This document shows positions 1 to 13,209 of a stretch of DNA of 64,000 bases, piece after piece. A program made the translations under genes and the position numbers. The notes under the pieces were generated by a model. It was not told where the DNA came from and did not search any database. It worked only from the letters and a program-made list of their open reading frames with translations. Source of the stretch: Mobula hypostoma (Eukaryota); assembly GCF_963921235.1 (NCBI RefSeq), contig NC_086097.1, positions 197,968,001-198,032,000 on the forward strand, given 5' to 3'. How positions within the stretch are numbered: the first letter of the stretch is position 1; every line of letters begins with the position of its first letter.

Positions 1-446
1 AAGTAGGTTGCAGAAAGTTATAAAATTAGTCAGTTCCACCATGGATACTGGTCGCCGTAGTAACCAAGACATCTTCAAGAAGCGGTGTCTCAGAGAGGCA
101 GCATCCATTATTAAGGACCCCCATCACCCAGGATATGCCCTCTTCTCATTCTTACATCAGGAAGGAGGTACAGGTCCCTAAAGGCACACATGGAGTGATT
201 CAGGAACAGTTTCTTCCCCTCTGCTGTATGATTTCTAAATAGACATTGAACCCATGAACACTACCTTGATACTAATTTTTTAGTTCTGTTTGTGCACTAA
301 CTTATTTTAAATTAACTATTTAATATACATATATAACTATTGTAATTCAGTTTCTTTTCTATATTGATCATGTATTGCATTGTACTGCTACTACAAAGTT
401 AACAACTTTCATAACATATGCCAGTGATATTAAACCTGATTCTGAG
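1..446 (+). mobile_element. 3' end of a Rex1/Babar-type LINE
   Basis: Degenerate Rex-type C-terminal coding sequence, AT-rich 3' UTR and a TAAACCTGATTCTGA tail. Confidence 0.75.
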
Positions 447-3400
447 TCAGAAGGCCAATGTGCCAAAAGCTCTCTTTGTGACCCTATCTACTTGTGACAC
501 CACTTTCATGGAATTATGAATCTGTATTCCCTGGTCCCTCTGTTCTGCTGCACGCCTCAGTGCCCTACAGCTCACTGTGGTCTTAGGCTGGTTTGTTGTC
601 CTATAGTGTAACACCTCACAATTGTCTGCATTAAATTCCATATGCCATTTTCCAGCTGGTACAGATCCTGCTGCAAGCCATGATAGCATTCCTCACTGTC
701 CACTACTTTCCCAATCTTCGTGCCATCAACAAAGTTGCTGATCCAGTTAAACATGTTATCATCCAGATGGAAAGCAACAATGGACCCAGCACCGATCCCT
801 ATGGTACGCCATTTGTCACAGGCCTTCTTTCAGAGAGGAAACTATCTACCACCACTCTCTGGCTTCTCCCACAAAGCCAATATCTAATCCAATTTACTAC
901 TTCTTCCCAAATGCCCAGTGACTGAACCTCCTTGGCCAACTTCCCATGTGGGACCTTACCAAAAGTCTTGCTAAAGTCCATGTAGACAACATTCACTTCC
1001 TTGCCCTCATCAAATTTTCTGGTACCTTCTTTGAAAAACTCTGTAAGATTGGTTAGACACAACCGAACATGCACAAAGCCATGTTGATTTTCCCTAATCA
1101 GGTTCTCCCTATCCAAATACTTATATATCCGGTCCCTTAGAATACCTTCCAAACCTTCCAATAACTTAATAACTACTGATGTCAGACACATTGGCATATA
1201 ATTTCACGGCTTATTTTTTGGCCATTTCTTAAACAACAGAACAACATTAGCTATCCTCCAATCCTCTGGCATCTCACCCCTTACTAATGATGTTTGAAGT
1301 ATTTCTTCTATGGCCTCTGCAATTGCTGAACTAACCTCACACAATGTCTGAGGGAACACCGTGGCAGGCCCTGGGGAATTATCCACCTAATTTATCTCAA
1401 GACAGCAAACACTGACTCCTCTGGAATCTGTGTATGGTCCTTGCCCCATCTTCTGCTTTGCTTCACTTCTATTAACTCTGTGTCAATCTCCGAAGTAAAT
1501 ACAGATTCAAAAATCCATTTAAGATTGCTCCTATCTCTGTTCAGCACTATGCACAGATGACCGCTCTGATCTGCAATCCTTTTTCTCTTAATATATCTGT
1601 ATAAACCCTTAGGGTTCTCCTTCACCTTGTTTGCTAGAACAACCTCATGTCTTCTTCTGGCCCTGCTGAATTCCTTCTTAAGTGTTCTCTTGCATTTCTT
1701 ATACTCAAGTACCTCATTTGTTCCTTACCTGCCTCTTCCTGATACGTAACTCCTTTTTCTTCTTAACCAGGGTCTCAAAATCTCTCAAAAACCAACATTT
1801 CCTAAACCTGTTATCCTTGTCTTTTATTCCAAAGGAACATATAAAGTACTCTCAGAATTTGACTTCTAAAGGCCTCCCATTTACCCTGAAAATAGCCTGT
1901 TCAAATCCACAGATCCTGATACCATCAAAATTGGACTTTCTCCAATTTAGAATCTCAACCAGATGACCAGACCTATCCTTCTCCATAATTATATTGAAAC
2001 TAATGGTATTATGATCACTTGTTGCATAATGTTCCACTATACAAACTTCTGTCACCCACAATATCTCATTCCCCATAGGAGATCGAGAATACCATTCCTA
2101 GTTACGACCTCTATGTATTGATTAAGGAAATTTTCCTGAAAACATTTAACAAAATTGATTCCATCCAGCCTTTTTTACAGTCTGGGAGATCCAACCAATA
2201 TGTGGAAAGTTAAAATCACCTACTATCACAAACTTATGTTTCTTGCAATAGCCTGCATTCTCTCTACAAATTTGCTCCTCTAAATCTTGCTGACTGTTGA
2301 ATGGTCTAAGTATAATCCCATTAACATGGCTGTCTCTTTCTTATTCCCCAGTTCCAAACATATACCCTCAGTAGATGAGCTCTTCAGTCTGTCCTGTCTG
2401 AGCACTTATCATGGTCCGGTCCATGAGGTCTGCATTCCAGTTCATGGTCCAGTCCATCGTTCCTTATTCCAGGTTTTATGGTTTTCCCTTGTTCTGTTGG
2501 GTGCTCTAATTGAGGCACCTGATCCCCATTTTGGGCTGGCTACATAAATAGCTCCTGGGTTCAGCTTCATTGGCTGGACTGTTCCCTTCCATTTGACTTG
2601 AAGCCTTGCCTGTGTCCTTGCCTGTATCACTGTCAAGTTCTACCACCAGAGCAAGACCGGAGTCTTGCTGCTCCTACATAAGGAACTGTCTTTTGTTGTC
2701 TGGAACTATCTCTGTGTCCACGCCTTTGCTAGGCAGGTCTGGCTGTTTGCCGCTACCTAGAGTTGGGAACTGTCTCGTCATGTTTAGTAGTCTGTGTTCT
2801 TGTCCCAGCTCCTAGACTGCTTCCAGTCACATCCTAGCTCTCTACTCAAGTCCTGTTCCTAGAACTTCAGTGTCTGTGTCTTACATTTGGGTCTTCCATC
2901 AATGCCCACCTTATGACAGCACTGCTGTGACAATTTCACAGCTCCCATTTAATACCTCCCACTCTGTCATGTCTAAAACAACAAACCCCTGGAACATTGA
3001 GCTGCTAGTCCTGCCACTCCTGCAACCAAGTCTTACTAATGGCAATAATGTCATAATTCCATGTGCTGATCCATGCCCTAGGCTCATCTACCTTTCCTCC
3101 AATACTCCTTGCTTTGAAATACACACATCTCAGAATATTAGTACACCATGCTCAACCTTTCAATTCCTGAATTTGAATGTAGGCTTAACAACATCTTTGC
3201 CCGAAACCACTTCACTATCTGCTCTGGCACTCTGATTCCCATCCCAGTACATTTCTAGTTTCACACCCTCCTCCCCCATGCAGATCTAGCAGACCTCCCT
3301 GCAAGGATATTAGTTCCCCTCAAGTTCAGATGCAAACCATCCGACATGTACAGGTCCCACATTTTCTGGAAGAGTGCCCAATGATCCTAAAATCTGAAAC

Positions 3401-4180
3401 CCTCCCTCCTGCACCATCTCATTAGCTAACAGTAAACTGTATGATCTTCCTACCTCTGGCCTCACTAGCACAGGGCGCATATAGTAATCCTGAGATCACA
3501 ACTCTGGAGGTCAAGTCCTTTAATTTACCACCCAACTCCCTGAACTCACTCTGCAGGACCTGGTCATGTCTCCTACCTGTGTCATTGTTACCAACACGGA
3601 TCTCACCCTCTCACTTAAGAATGCTTGAACTCAATCCAAGGTATCCCTGACCTAGGAGGCAACATACCACCAGGGAATCTTGTACTTGTCTACAGAGCCT
3701 CCTGTCTGATCCCCTAATCATTGAACCCGCTATCACTCTTCCCCCCCCCCCTTTCCCTTCTGAGCCACAGAGGCAGACAGTTCCAGAGTCCCAACCACTG
3801 TGGCTTTCCTCTGATTGGTCATCTGCCCACTCAACAGTATCCAAAATGGTATTGAGGGGAATGGCTACAGGAGTACTCTGCACTGCCTTCCTCTCCTTTC
3901 TCCCACCTGATGGTTACCTGTGTCCTGATTCTTTGAGTGTAACTACCTCCCTGTGTCCTGTCAACCAGCCTCTCAGCCTCCCAAATGACGCGGAGTTCAT
4001 CCACATCCAGATCCAGCTCCAATCGCTTAACGCGGTCTGTAAGAGGCTGCAGCTGGATGACTTTTGTCGGCGTAGCCGTCAGGAACATTGGGGTCTCCCT
4101 TCCTTCCCACATTGCGCAAGAGGAACATACCACTATCCTGCGTGGCATCCCCACTGCTCTAACCGTGAAACGAGAAAGGA
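447..4180 (-). mobile_element. Degenerate CR1 LINE (ORF1 zinc finger/esterase, endonuclease, RT)
   Basis: ORF fragments VVCSSCAMWE (ORF1), SDHNTISF (endonuclease), QHGFV..CLTNLTEFF..VYMDFSKTFGKVPH (RT); many stops and frameshifts. Confidence 0.9.
2407..2918. mobile_element. Solo LTR inserted in the CR1
   Basis: Ends TATCAT...ATGACA (TG...CA inverted termini, one mismatch), 5-bp TSD GCACT at 2402-2406 and 2919-2923; CR1 reads continuously once it is removed. Confidence 0.75.
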
Positions 4181-4221
4181 AAAAAAAAACACGCAAAAAT
4201 CTACCTATAGCCTCCGCCTCT

Positions 4222-4320
4222 CCTCGTCGAAGCCTCTCTGTCCGAAACGTCGACGGTACTTGTTTCCATAGATGCCGCCTGGCCTGCTGAGTTCCTCCAG
4301 CATTCTGTGTGCGTTGCTCT
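4222..4320 (+). mobile_element. PLE-type short repeat, degenerate hammerhead core
   Basis: CCGAAACGTCGAC...TTTCCATAGATGCCGCCTGGCCTGCTGAGTTCCTCCAGCATT, matching the family seen at 12719, 39510 and 59289. Confidence 0.75.
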
Positions 4321-6579
4321 CTGCTGACTCCCCACTCCCAAAACAGTAGGAAGGAAGCTTGTGCCTGTCATGGAGTGTTTGTGAAGTACGCTGTACTCAA
4401 AGAGTGTTTGACGGTTTGCTTGGTACGCTGTCCTAACCAAACTCCTGTCAAAGTTTAAAAACCTGTAAGAGGATGGGGATAAAAGCGCGCTCAGTCAAGT
4501 TTGATTCTCTTAGTGACCTTGGTCACAACCACGAGTGAGATCGGTATGAAGGCACCGCTGGTGGTCGAGAGAGAGTGGAATGGAGCCAAACTCAATGATT
4601 TACGTAGTCTTCATGGTCAATTATTCCTGCAACCGCATTTGAGGTATCAACTAGGGCATTTATGGGAATGGAGTGATGTGATCAGGTACACATCTACTCC
4701 CCTCCCCACAAATCTTTTCTAACAGGTGCTCAGGATATACGTATTTCTAGAAGCATCACGTCAAATGAACCACTGATAATTGCACAACTCACAAATAATT
4801 ACTGGTGATCACAATAACATTAGCACTTCAGTCGCTGAGCTCTGTAGCAAGGAAATCTAATAAAGTAAATAATCAGGCTTTGTACTTGGAAATTAGACAC
4901 AGTAGAGCTCAAGATGAAAATGCCGCGCATTGGTTACCACGCAATCTGTCTGTATTTGAGAAGAATTTGCCGGTCATGTTTATGATAATCTCATAAATCC
5001 TGTCAATGTGTACACATCACATCATTTTGACAAGATTAAAAAAAAATTACTGGTGTCCTGCCGTGATGCGTTCGACCTTAGTTGAGAAATACTTTTTCGA
5101 GGGAAGTCTTCCTTAAAACTCGTAAGTGGGTGAGGTGCATTTGTTCGCGACTCGCCCCCTCCCCAGCCCTGTCAATTTCACTATATCATTTAGAATTCAA
5201 GAAACTTTGTAAATGGGACACTTACTTTCAATGATAACAAAATAGGGGAAGTGTTTGAGCCTCATTTACTTCCCTCGCACATTTCGCGTCCTCCCGGGCA
5301 CCCACTAAATACTTCTTGTTTCCAGTTATCCAGATGCTAGAAGTTGGACTGTCAACATTTCCAGCATTATTTCCTGCACGTGTGTCTTTTTCACTTTGCA
5401 GATCCACCGGCTGGCTCCACGATGCACGGCCAGTTGTTTGCACAGTGATTGTTCAGTGACGCGTAAATTTTCCATCCAGTTTATCGTGATTAGTATACCC
5501 TGATGATGAGTTTAACACAAAATATAATGCTAGTAAACGTACTGCGGTCCGTTTTTTTTTCTCCATTGCCGTGTGAAAACTCAAGACAACGCGAACCATG
5601 CTTCACCGTCCGTTTCTCAATGATGATTAGAAACGTGGCGCTGCTATTGCAACCCTCCCACTAAATCAGAGGTTGTTGGGGCAACAATTAGGCGTGTTTC
5701 AAACTCTGGTCGGTTACTGGGATACCTAGCTATTATGATGCAAAGAATATGCGTTTTTCTTTAAGTAGAAGTGATTGGTGTAACTGAATCAGCATGGATT
5801 CGCAGCTCGGTCTGAACTGACAATTTAAGTTAGTTATGGGCTTGTCAAGACAAAGTATTATTTTTCGAACGCATTAGAAGAGAATCTGATAACTGTACAC
5901 AATTAAGACAGTCAAATATATTTAATCCTTCGAGGATGAGTATTCCTGAACATAGTTCATCGTTAGTTTTATCATATTTCCTGTAACGCTGGTGATCACA
6001 CCTGTTAATCTTCCACTAGAGTTTGTGGAAATCAGATGTTGACACATGTTTGCCTGGCACTAATGAGAGGGCACGGTCCGACTGCAGAATCACATCACAT
6101 CACGTCACGTCACATCAAACAAACCGGCGGCCAGGGGTCGAGGGCTGGGGGTGCGGTCTTTAATGTTTATGTGTGTGCGGGGTGTGGGGGGCGGAGGAGG
6201 AAGGGGAAGCCGTTATCCTCAAGTTTTTACAAATTCTTTCAAATTATATTGCACGTTTAAAATTCAATGGAGTTTTGCTGGTTTGCCGGATTGAAAAATG
6301 GTTTTAGTTGTACGTTTTGCTCGGAGGAAACGGCACTGTTTTAATCCACAGCCACGTCGTAAGAGGTTCCAACCCCAAAGAAGCATGTTGAGATTCCTGG
6401 GTTTTCAAGTTTGGACAGCCGCTGACTCAGCAGTGAGGGGTCTGACATGGACCGAGTACCACACGCCATTCCTCCTGTATCTTTTGATTTCCACATAACT
6501 TATCTACAATGTCAGTTGTCTCTTTTGCCAATGACGCGAGAAAGAAAACCCCGCCCCGGAGCTCGTGCCTGTCCTGTTG

Positions 6580-6600
6580 TTAAGAACCACGGACAGCTCA
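6580..6600 (+). promoter_or_regulatory. RE1/NRSE (REST-binding)-like site
   Basis: TTAAGAACCACGGACAGCTCA matches consensus TTCAGCACCACGGACAGCGCC at 17/21 positions, with the ACCACGGACAGC core intact. Confidence 0.6.
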
Positions 6601-7261
6601 GAAACAACAAGAAGAAAACGTGGCTGCTTTTCATAAGATAGTGTCGTAGAATATTATTAAACCAAAGCTAATTATCAAGCCAGCTTTTCACAGTTGTGCT
6701 ATCACATAACCCACGCCATTTTGTACCACATTGTATGTTTCATGACTGATTTAATGCACAATCAAATGTAAAAATATATCTCTATTCACACCTGTTTTTT
6801 TTCTCAAATTCTCGACTATATTGTTTTTTAATCCTAATAACTGCATAATTAAATTGCAAAGGAATCATTCGTAACTACCAGGATCTCACTTAACGCGAAT
6901 TTCTCTACACGGTAGACAATATGGTTACATTGCAAATCCTCATTTGTCTGTTATGTAAAAGGAATAGCATTTTACTCATACTTTCAAAATATCACGTTGA
7001 TTACCGTCACGGATATGCTTACATGTAAAACAACGTGGCACATAGAGTCAAGTGTATTTTTGGCATCTGAAGTTCAGTTATGCTTAATAATATCTCAGAG
7101 GCCATTCCTAGAACCTGGGGAGGGGGCGGTTGTTGTTGTATTCTGTAGGTTCCATTTGCTTTCTGAACACTGACTTTACCACATTATTTGGGCGGGTGTT
7201 TTCTCCTGATACAACGTTCGATCGTATTCACCTCCAATCATTTATTTAAAAGGCTAACTAG

Positions 7262-7328
7262 ATAGGGGTCCACGGATCCCTCGGTTAATGATAAGGCTCT
7301 ATGGCATATAAAATGTTGGGAAACCCTG
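7262..7328. mobile_element. Fragment of a hAT-type MITE
   Basis: GGGGTCCACGGATCCC...AAAATGTTGGGAAACCCTG resembles a Charlie-type terminal inverted repeat end. Confidence 0.45.
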
Positions 7329-8235
7329 GTCTATAATGACTCGTCTAAGGGCTCCGTTATAGCTTTCCTTCCGTTCAGTTTTCAGAATTAGAAATGGGAA
7401 TCGCATTAGATCTTAGTTTGAATAAGCTCCGGAAGAATCATTTTGGCTCTCATGAAGTTGCATTCAGACTGATCAAACAGCGTGGGACTTGTGCAAAAAG
7501 CTTTAGCAGATTGTTCTTAGTGCTCAGTGTAACAGCGAACTGTCTGTAGTAGTTGACTAGTTATTAAGGAAGGTCTCTGCGTTGTCAGCGAAAACTCAAA
7601 AAGAAGCGCAGATTAGTGAAAGCGAAACGTAAAGAACAAAACATTCCTATCCAGGACAAGAATTAAGACGTTGCCAGGTTAATTTTGCCTGAAGGAAAGC
7701 GAAACCGGGCTGGCTCTGCCGGAGTCTGTGTGAAATCGGGAAGTGTGGTGGAGAGGAGGGTGTGCCGAACAGACTGCAAGTGGGTCGGAGAGGTTATGGA
7801 AGTTTGTCACAACAAGATATGACATGTATTTAAGTAAGCCTCCGTAGGTGGTGGCCTTACCCCCACCTCTTTCTTCAGTCCTCATACGCTTTAATCTTCT
7901 CACTGGCAGGTTGTTTCATTCCCGCCTTTCGTGCATCAGGGTACAAATAAGGAGATGACATCAGACAGTCGTCTTAAATCAACCTTCTTAACAAAAAAAC
8001 CCCTGAAAATACCTGCGTTTAAAATTGATAACTAGATAAGGTGGCGATGGCTGAGATCCCACTAGGTGTGGTTAGAGAGGAAGGAGACTCGGAGGGAGGG
8101 AGGTAACGCACTCCAGCAATCAGATCTAATCCAACGTGGTGGGTACCCCTGTCAGATTCATCAGCAATCCGCCAAGCCCACTAGCTCCATCCCACGCCCT
8201 GTAAGCGTCTCTTCACTGTCACCAGCCGGTTTTGA

Positions 8236-8943
<708 letters not shown>

Positions 8944-11254
8944 TGACTTGGTGCTGAAGGACAGCGACAAACGGAGAAACGGAGCCTTCAAACCGTAGTT
9001 GATGAGTTGGGTTAACCCCTTCCTGGGTAACAAGAGGGGTCTTGTTTAAATCCGCTTGGTAGCAGGGAAAAATGTAGAGAATTATAAAAGTCTGACTGAC
9101 TAGTGGAAGTTTACAAACTCAGTCTCAATCCAAATCTAAACTCCAACCCAATTTATTAACCACCTCCCTGATGTGAATCGCAGTTAAATAAGAAAGAGAA
9201 CCTTTCACTCACGTTCGTTTTTCTGTTAGTACCTTGCTGCCGTGAAAACTGTCTCACAGGAAGACGCCAATTCAGACTACTCACTCCATTTATCCAGCGA
9301 GGCGCTCAGACTTTCGGTTTCTGTACTTGGACGCCTTGAAACGAGTTAATGTCAAATTTGTATCATTAAAATGCTAAGCACACTTGGATCACACTTCTGT
9401 GATACTAAATGAGTGTTCCGTGAAATGCCTAAGGAATCTGTTCAAAACGCAACTGCAGACGAGTGTGTTCAGTCTATCGCTGAACTTTTATACCCTGTTG
9501 CGTGTAACATTGAAAGCAACAGGAGCGTTGGAGGATGTAAATAAAAGAGATCCCCTAAGTGTCTGTGATGTGCAAGGGGACAGAAGACACAGAACGAGGG
9601 TCATGTAGAGGCAAGGGGTCGTCTTTTAAGTCTGTCCCCCAACCCCTCACTTTGGGATGCGTTGTCTCAAAATGTCTGAAATGAGTGGAATAGAAATACC
9701 TTCGAAACCCCGCAATGTGAGCAAAACCGATGCAATAAAATAAAACCGCTTCCCGCGTGAGTGCAGTGCAGCAAACGCAAAAGATGACGTGCTGTGTAAA
9801 GGGGGTGGGGGGGGAGTAAACATACACAGGGGAGGATATTCAGGGAGGTGCGCAACATAGTTTTCAACTGATTCAAATGTAGCAGTTTGTCGCACACCAC
9901 TGAGACTTAAACTTCCATCAGCGGTTGATAAGTATGCCATATTAAACACTGAATGTTTGTTTTACATTAATCAGATGTTTTGGGATATTAAAAGAACCTC
10001 GCTGTTAATAAGCGATGTTTAGCAATAAGCTGTCCTGTGACGGGGAAACCAGTCGCCCACTGCACCAAAAGCAGTAGACCTGTGTTTTGAAACAAGGCAC
10101 TGCAGTCAGTGACACCCAGCCGCCGAGGTTCACCAACAACCTATTCCCCTTTGAAATGGAGAGAACCAACAACAATGGTGCAATTTTACTGAAACGCGCA
10201 AGAGTGGGAGGGGAGGGGTGGTTTGTAGAGGGATGTCATCCATGTTGTCATGCTGAACACGAAGGGGATGCTAACTTCTGGCTGTAGATTGTAATATCTA
10301 ATCGTGAGTTCTCCCTCCTCGCCTGAGGTTGGGGTTAACTTGACCACGTGCCAACACCAGTCACTACTAACGCGGTCACTGGCCACCTTGAATACCTCCG
10401 TCTTTTGTTTAACATATCTTTCAGACAAGAGCACTGAAGGCGCTGAGATGTTTTGAGTGCCAAAAGCACCAGTCAGCTACAAGTTGTTGTTTTAAATATT
10501 TATCACTTCTACGATTTTCTTAGGGAGTATTTAAAGGTGAAATCACAGTTTCCACGATGTGATTTCCAGGTGACAAAGTCCCTGCTGTAATCTGTTTAAA
10601 ACAACGCCCGCTGTAGTTTGTATACTCTGACAGCCCTGCTTTGCTCATTTCTAACTGTCGGAGTTGACATTTCCACCCGCCTTCCCGTCACTCGATCCAA
10701 TGCACTTTTCCTGATTAATCGCTTTAAATGTTTCCACCAACGCTGCTTATTTAATTACCGACAACAAGTGCAGAATCAGAAATGCATTTAAGTTAGAATC
10801 ACAACAGTGTCAGAACTCGCCGCGGGACACCCACGTACATTTAAATGGAGATTATGAGACAAGAGGCTTCTTGCATCCTTCTTGTATGTCCCAATCAAAA
10901 GTGCCGGGAAACACATCCAGAGTCAGGGGCAGATGCGCGTCTGTCTATTCTATAGTTTCCCCTGTTTGCATAGCAGAAAAATACAATGCATACGATATCC
11001 TTTGAAATTGTTCTACGCATTTTATCAATACTGCCGTGGCACCACGAATACTCCAAGTCTGACCATGTTAAAATGAGTCAGTTTTACAAGTTAGAAACTA
11101 CTGCGTTTTAAAAGTCCCATCTTAAGACAAAGACACTGGGGCATTAAAAAGTGAAACCACCCAGACTGTGATGCTTTAGGGATGTTAACGCAGACGGTTC
11201 TGAGAAGAATTACTGGAAATCTTTTGGTATGAAGGTTAATGGTAGGGAACTGGA

Positions 11255-11268
11255 GCGCCCCCTATAGG
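11255..11268 (-). promoter_or_regulatory. CTCF-like motif
   Basis: Reverse strand CCTATAGGGGGCGC versus consensus CCASYAGRKGGCRS. Confidence 0.5.
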
Positions 11269-11644
11269 AACGTTTAGACTATCACATCCCTACCAACCCT
11301 CCCCCACCCCATTCCCCACTGCCCCCTCCCATCTGCTCTTTTTAATTTAAAGGCGATGATTTAAATTAGAACTTAACTAAAACTAAGGAAATTTCAAATT
11401 TGTTATAAGTGACCGGCTTTCTTTAAAAAAAAACTTGCAAGAAGGGGATTTGTTATTCATCTATAATGTTAGATCCACAACTAATTCAATACAGTTTATG
11501 CTTTACAGATTATATTAGCATTGAAAGCTACATGGCCAGGATAGAAATAACGTAATTATATTTCTTGTAAGACGAGTAAACGATGCGTCCGAAAAAACAC
11601 ATTTGTTGTAGTATTGCACATGTTAAGTAGATGGAGATTACACA

Positions 11645-11902
11645 CGTCTACTTGCCCATCAAACCTTCCTCATCTAGATCCACCTATCCCTTGCTAGCTC
11701 CTGCCTCAGTCTTGCCATTCACTTCTTTATAGTCGGCGTCCGCCCCCCCCCACCCCGCACATTCTCAGTCCTGATGCAGCGACTCGACCAGAAACATCGA
11801 CAATTCGTTCGCTTCCGTAGAGACTGTCTGTCCCACTGAGTATCTTCAGCAGTTTGTTTTTTTTGGTTCCGTATTCCAACATTGGCAAACTATTGTGCCT
11901 CG
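11645..11902 (+). mobile_element. Old PLE-type repeat with mutated hammerhead core
   Basis: CAGTC-CTGATGCA-GCGACTCGACCA-GAAACATC-GACA followed by a degenerate family tail. Confidence 0.6.
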
Positions 11903-12329
11903 AAGTAAATGTCGAATATAATTTATAGAGGAAACGGGTATTGATAAAAAAAATGGGGCAGCTGCATTTTGTAGGAATATAATCGTGTTTTCTCCAATTT
12001 AATGTACCTCATTTACAGTAAATGCAATCTCCTGAACCTGTCACTTTAGTTTTCTTCCTTCAGTCTGGAGGAAGAAAATGTCTTCTCTTGACGCGCATAT
12101 CTTCCTCAGGACACACAGGATTTAGTAAATTCAGATAAACAGACTTTCCCGATTATATCAGCATCGGCAACTCCTGATGAAAGATTATCAGTTGTAGCAT
12201 TAGCCACCTCTCCAGAGGTGGCCGATGAGCAGGCCACATTTTCTATTGGATTTCAGTTCCCAGCATCTGCTGTATTTTGTGTCTGGTGGTACCATCAATG
12301 ATTGATATCCCCATTCTCGTATTCAATCT

Positions 12330-13100
12330 CCTGCAAGTGTGCCAAGCACCATTTTATCCACCTGTACTGGGCTTTCAGTGAACTATATATATAATACCTC
12401 TGTCTCTTATTCTCTGTTTTATATCACTCTCCGGAGTCTTGCCATTCACTTCGTATGTCCTGCCTTGGTTTAACTTCTCAAAATGCATAGCTTCAGACTT
12501 GTTTCCATACCCTTCATGGCTCACTACCCAAGTTGATCTAGACCCCAATGTTCTTTTGTGGACAACCTTCTTTAGCCCACCCCACCATGCCAGCAAAAAT
12601 TATCCTGCCTACACGCCTGTCCAAGTTTTAATATATATGACAACAGCGAATCATTCGCTGAGGCACACCACTGGACATAGGCTTCAAATTTGAAAAGCAG
12701 CCCTTCAATACTGCACACAAAATGCTGGAAACTCAGCAGGTCAGGCAGCATCTATGGAAATTAATAAACTATATATGCTGATGAAGGGTCTCAGCCTGAA
12801 ATGTCGACTGTCGACTTTCCATAGATGCTGCCTGACCTGTTGAGTTCCTCTAGCATTTTGTGTGCGTTGCTCTGGATTTCCAGCATCTGCAGAATCTCTT
12901 GTGTTTCCAATACTGCACACTGTCTGTCACCTTCAATCCACTTTTTAATCCAATGGGCTAGCTCACTGTTGATACATGTGAACTAACCTTCCAGAAAAGC
13001 TTATCATGAAGGATCTTGTCAAAATCCTTGATAAAATCTATGTAGGCAACATCTATAACCCTGCTCTTGTCAAACCTTTTGGTCAGCTCTTCAACAGAGA
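12330..13100 (-). mobile_element. Old CR1 RT fragment
   Basis: DVAYIDFIKDFDKILHDKL and EAMHFEKLNQGRTYEVNG are CR1 RT motifs. Confidence 0.8.
12719..12907 (+). mobile_element. Hairpin PLE-derived insertion with hammerhead core
   Basis: 13-bp TSD CAATACTGCACAC (12706-12718, 12908-12920); inverted arms; core CTGATGAAGGGTCTCAGCCTGAAATGTC at 12778-12805. Confidence 0.85.
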
Positions 13101-13209
13101 ACTCAATCATTCTGTCTTTCCTGGTCTCCATCTCATCACAGATATTTAATTTGATCTCCATATTCTCTGCAAGTTCAATGCATTTTTTTCTAAGATTTTA
13201 TTTCTCAGT

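Noticed and set aside
12203..12222. Palindrome GCCACCTCT-cc-AGAGGTGGC
   Set aside because: Short, inside a decayed repeat, plausible by chance.
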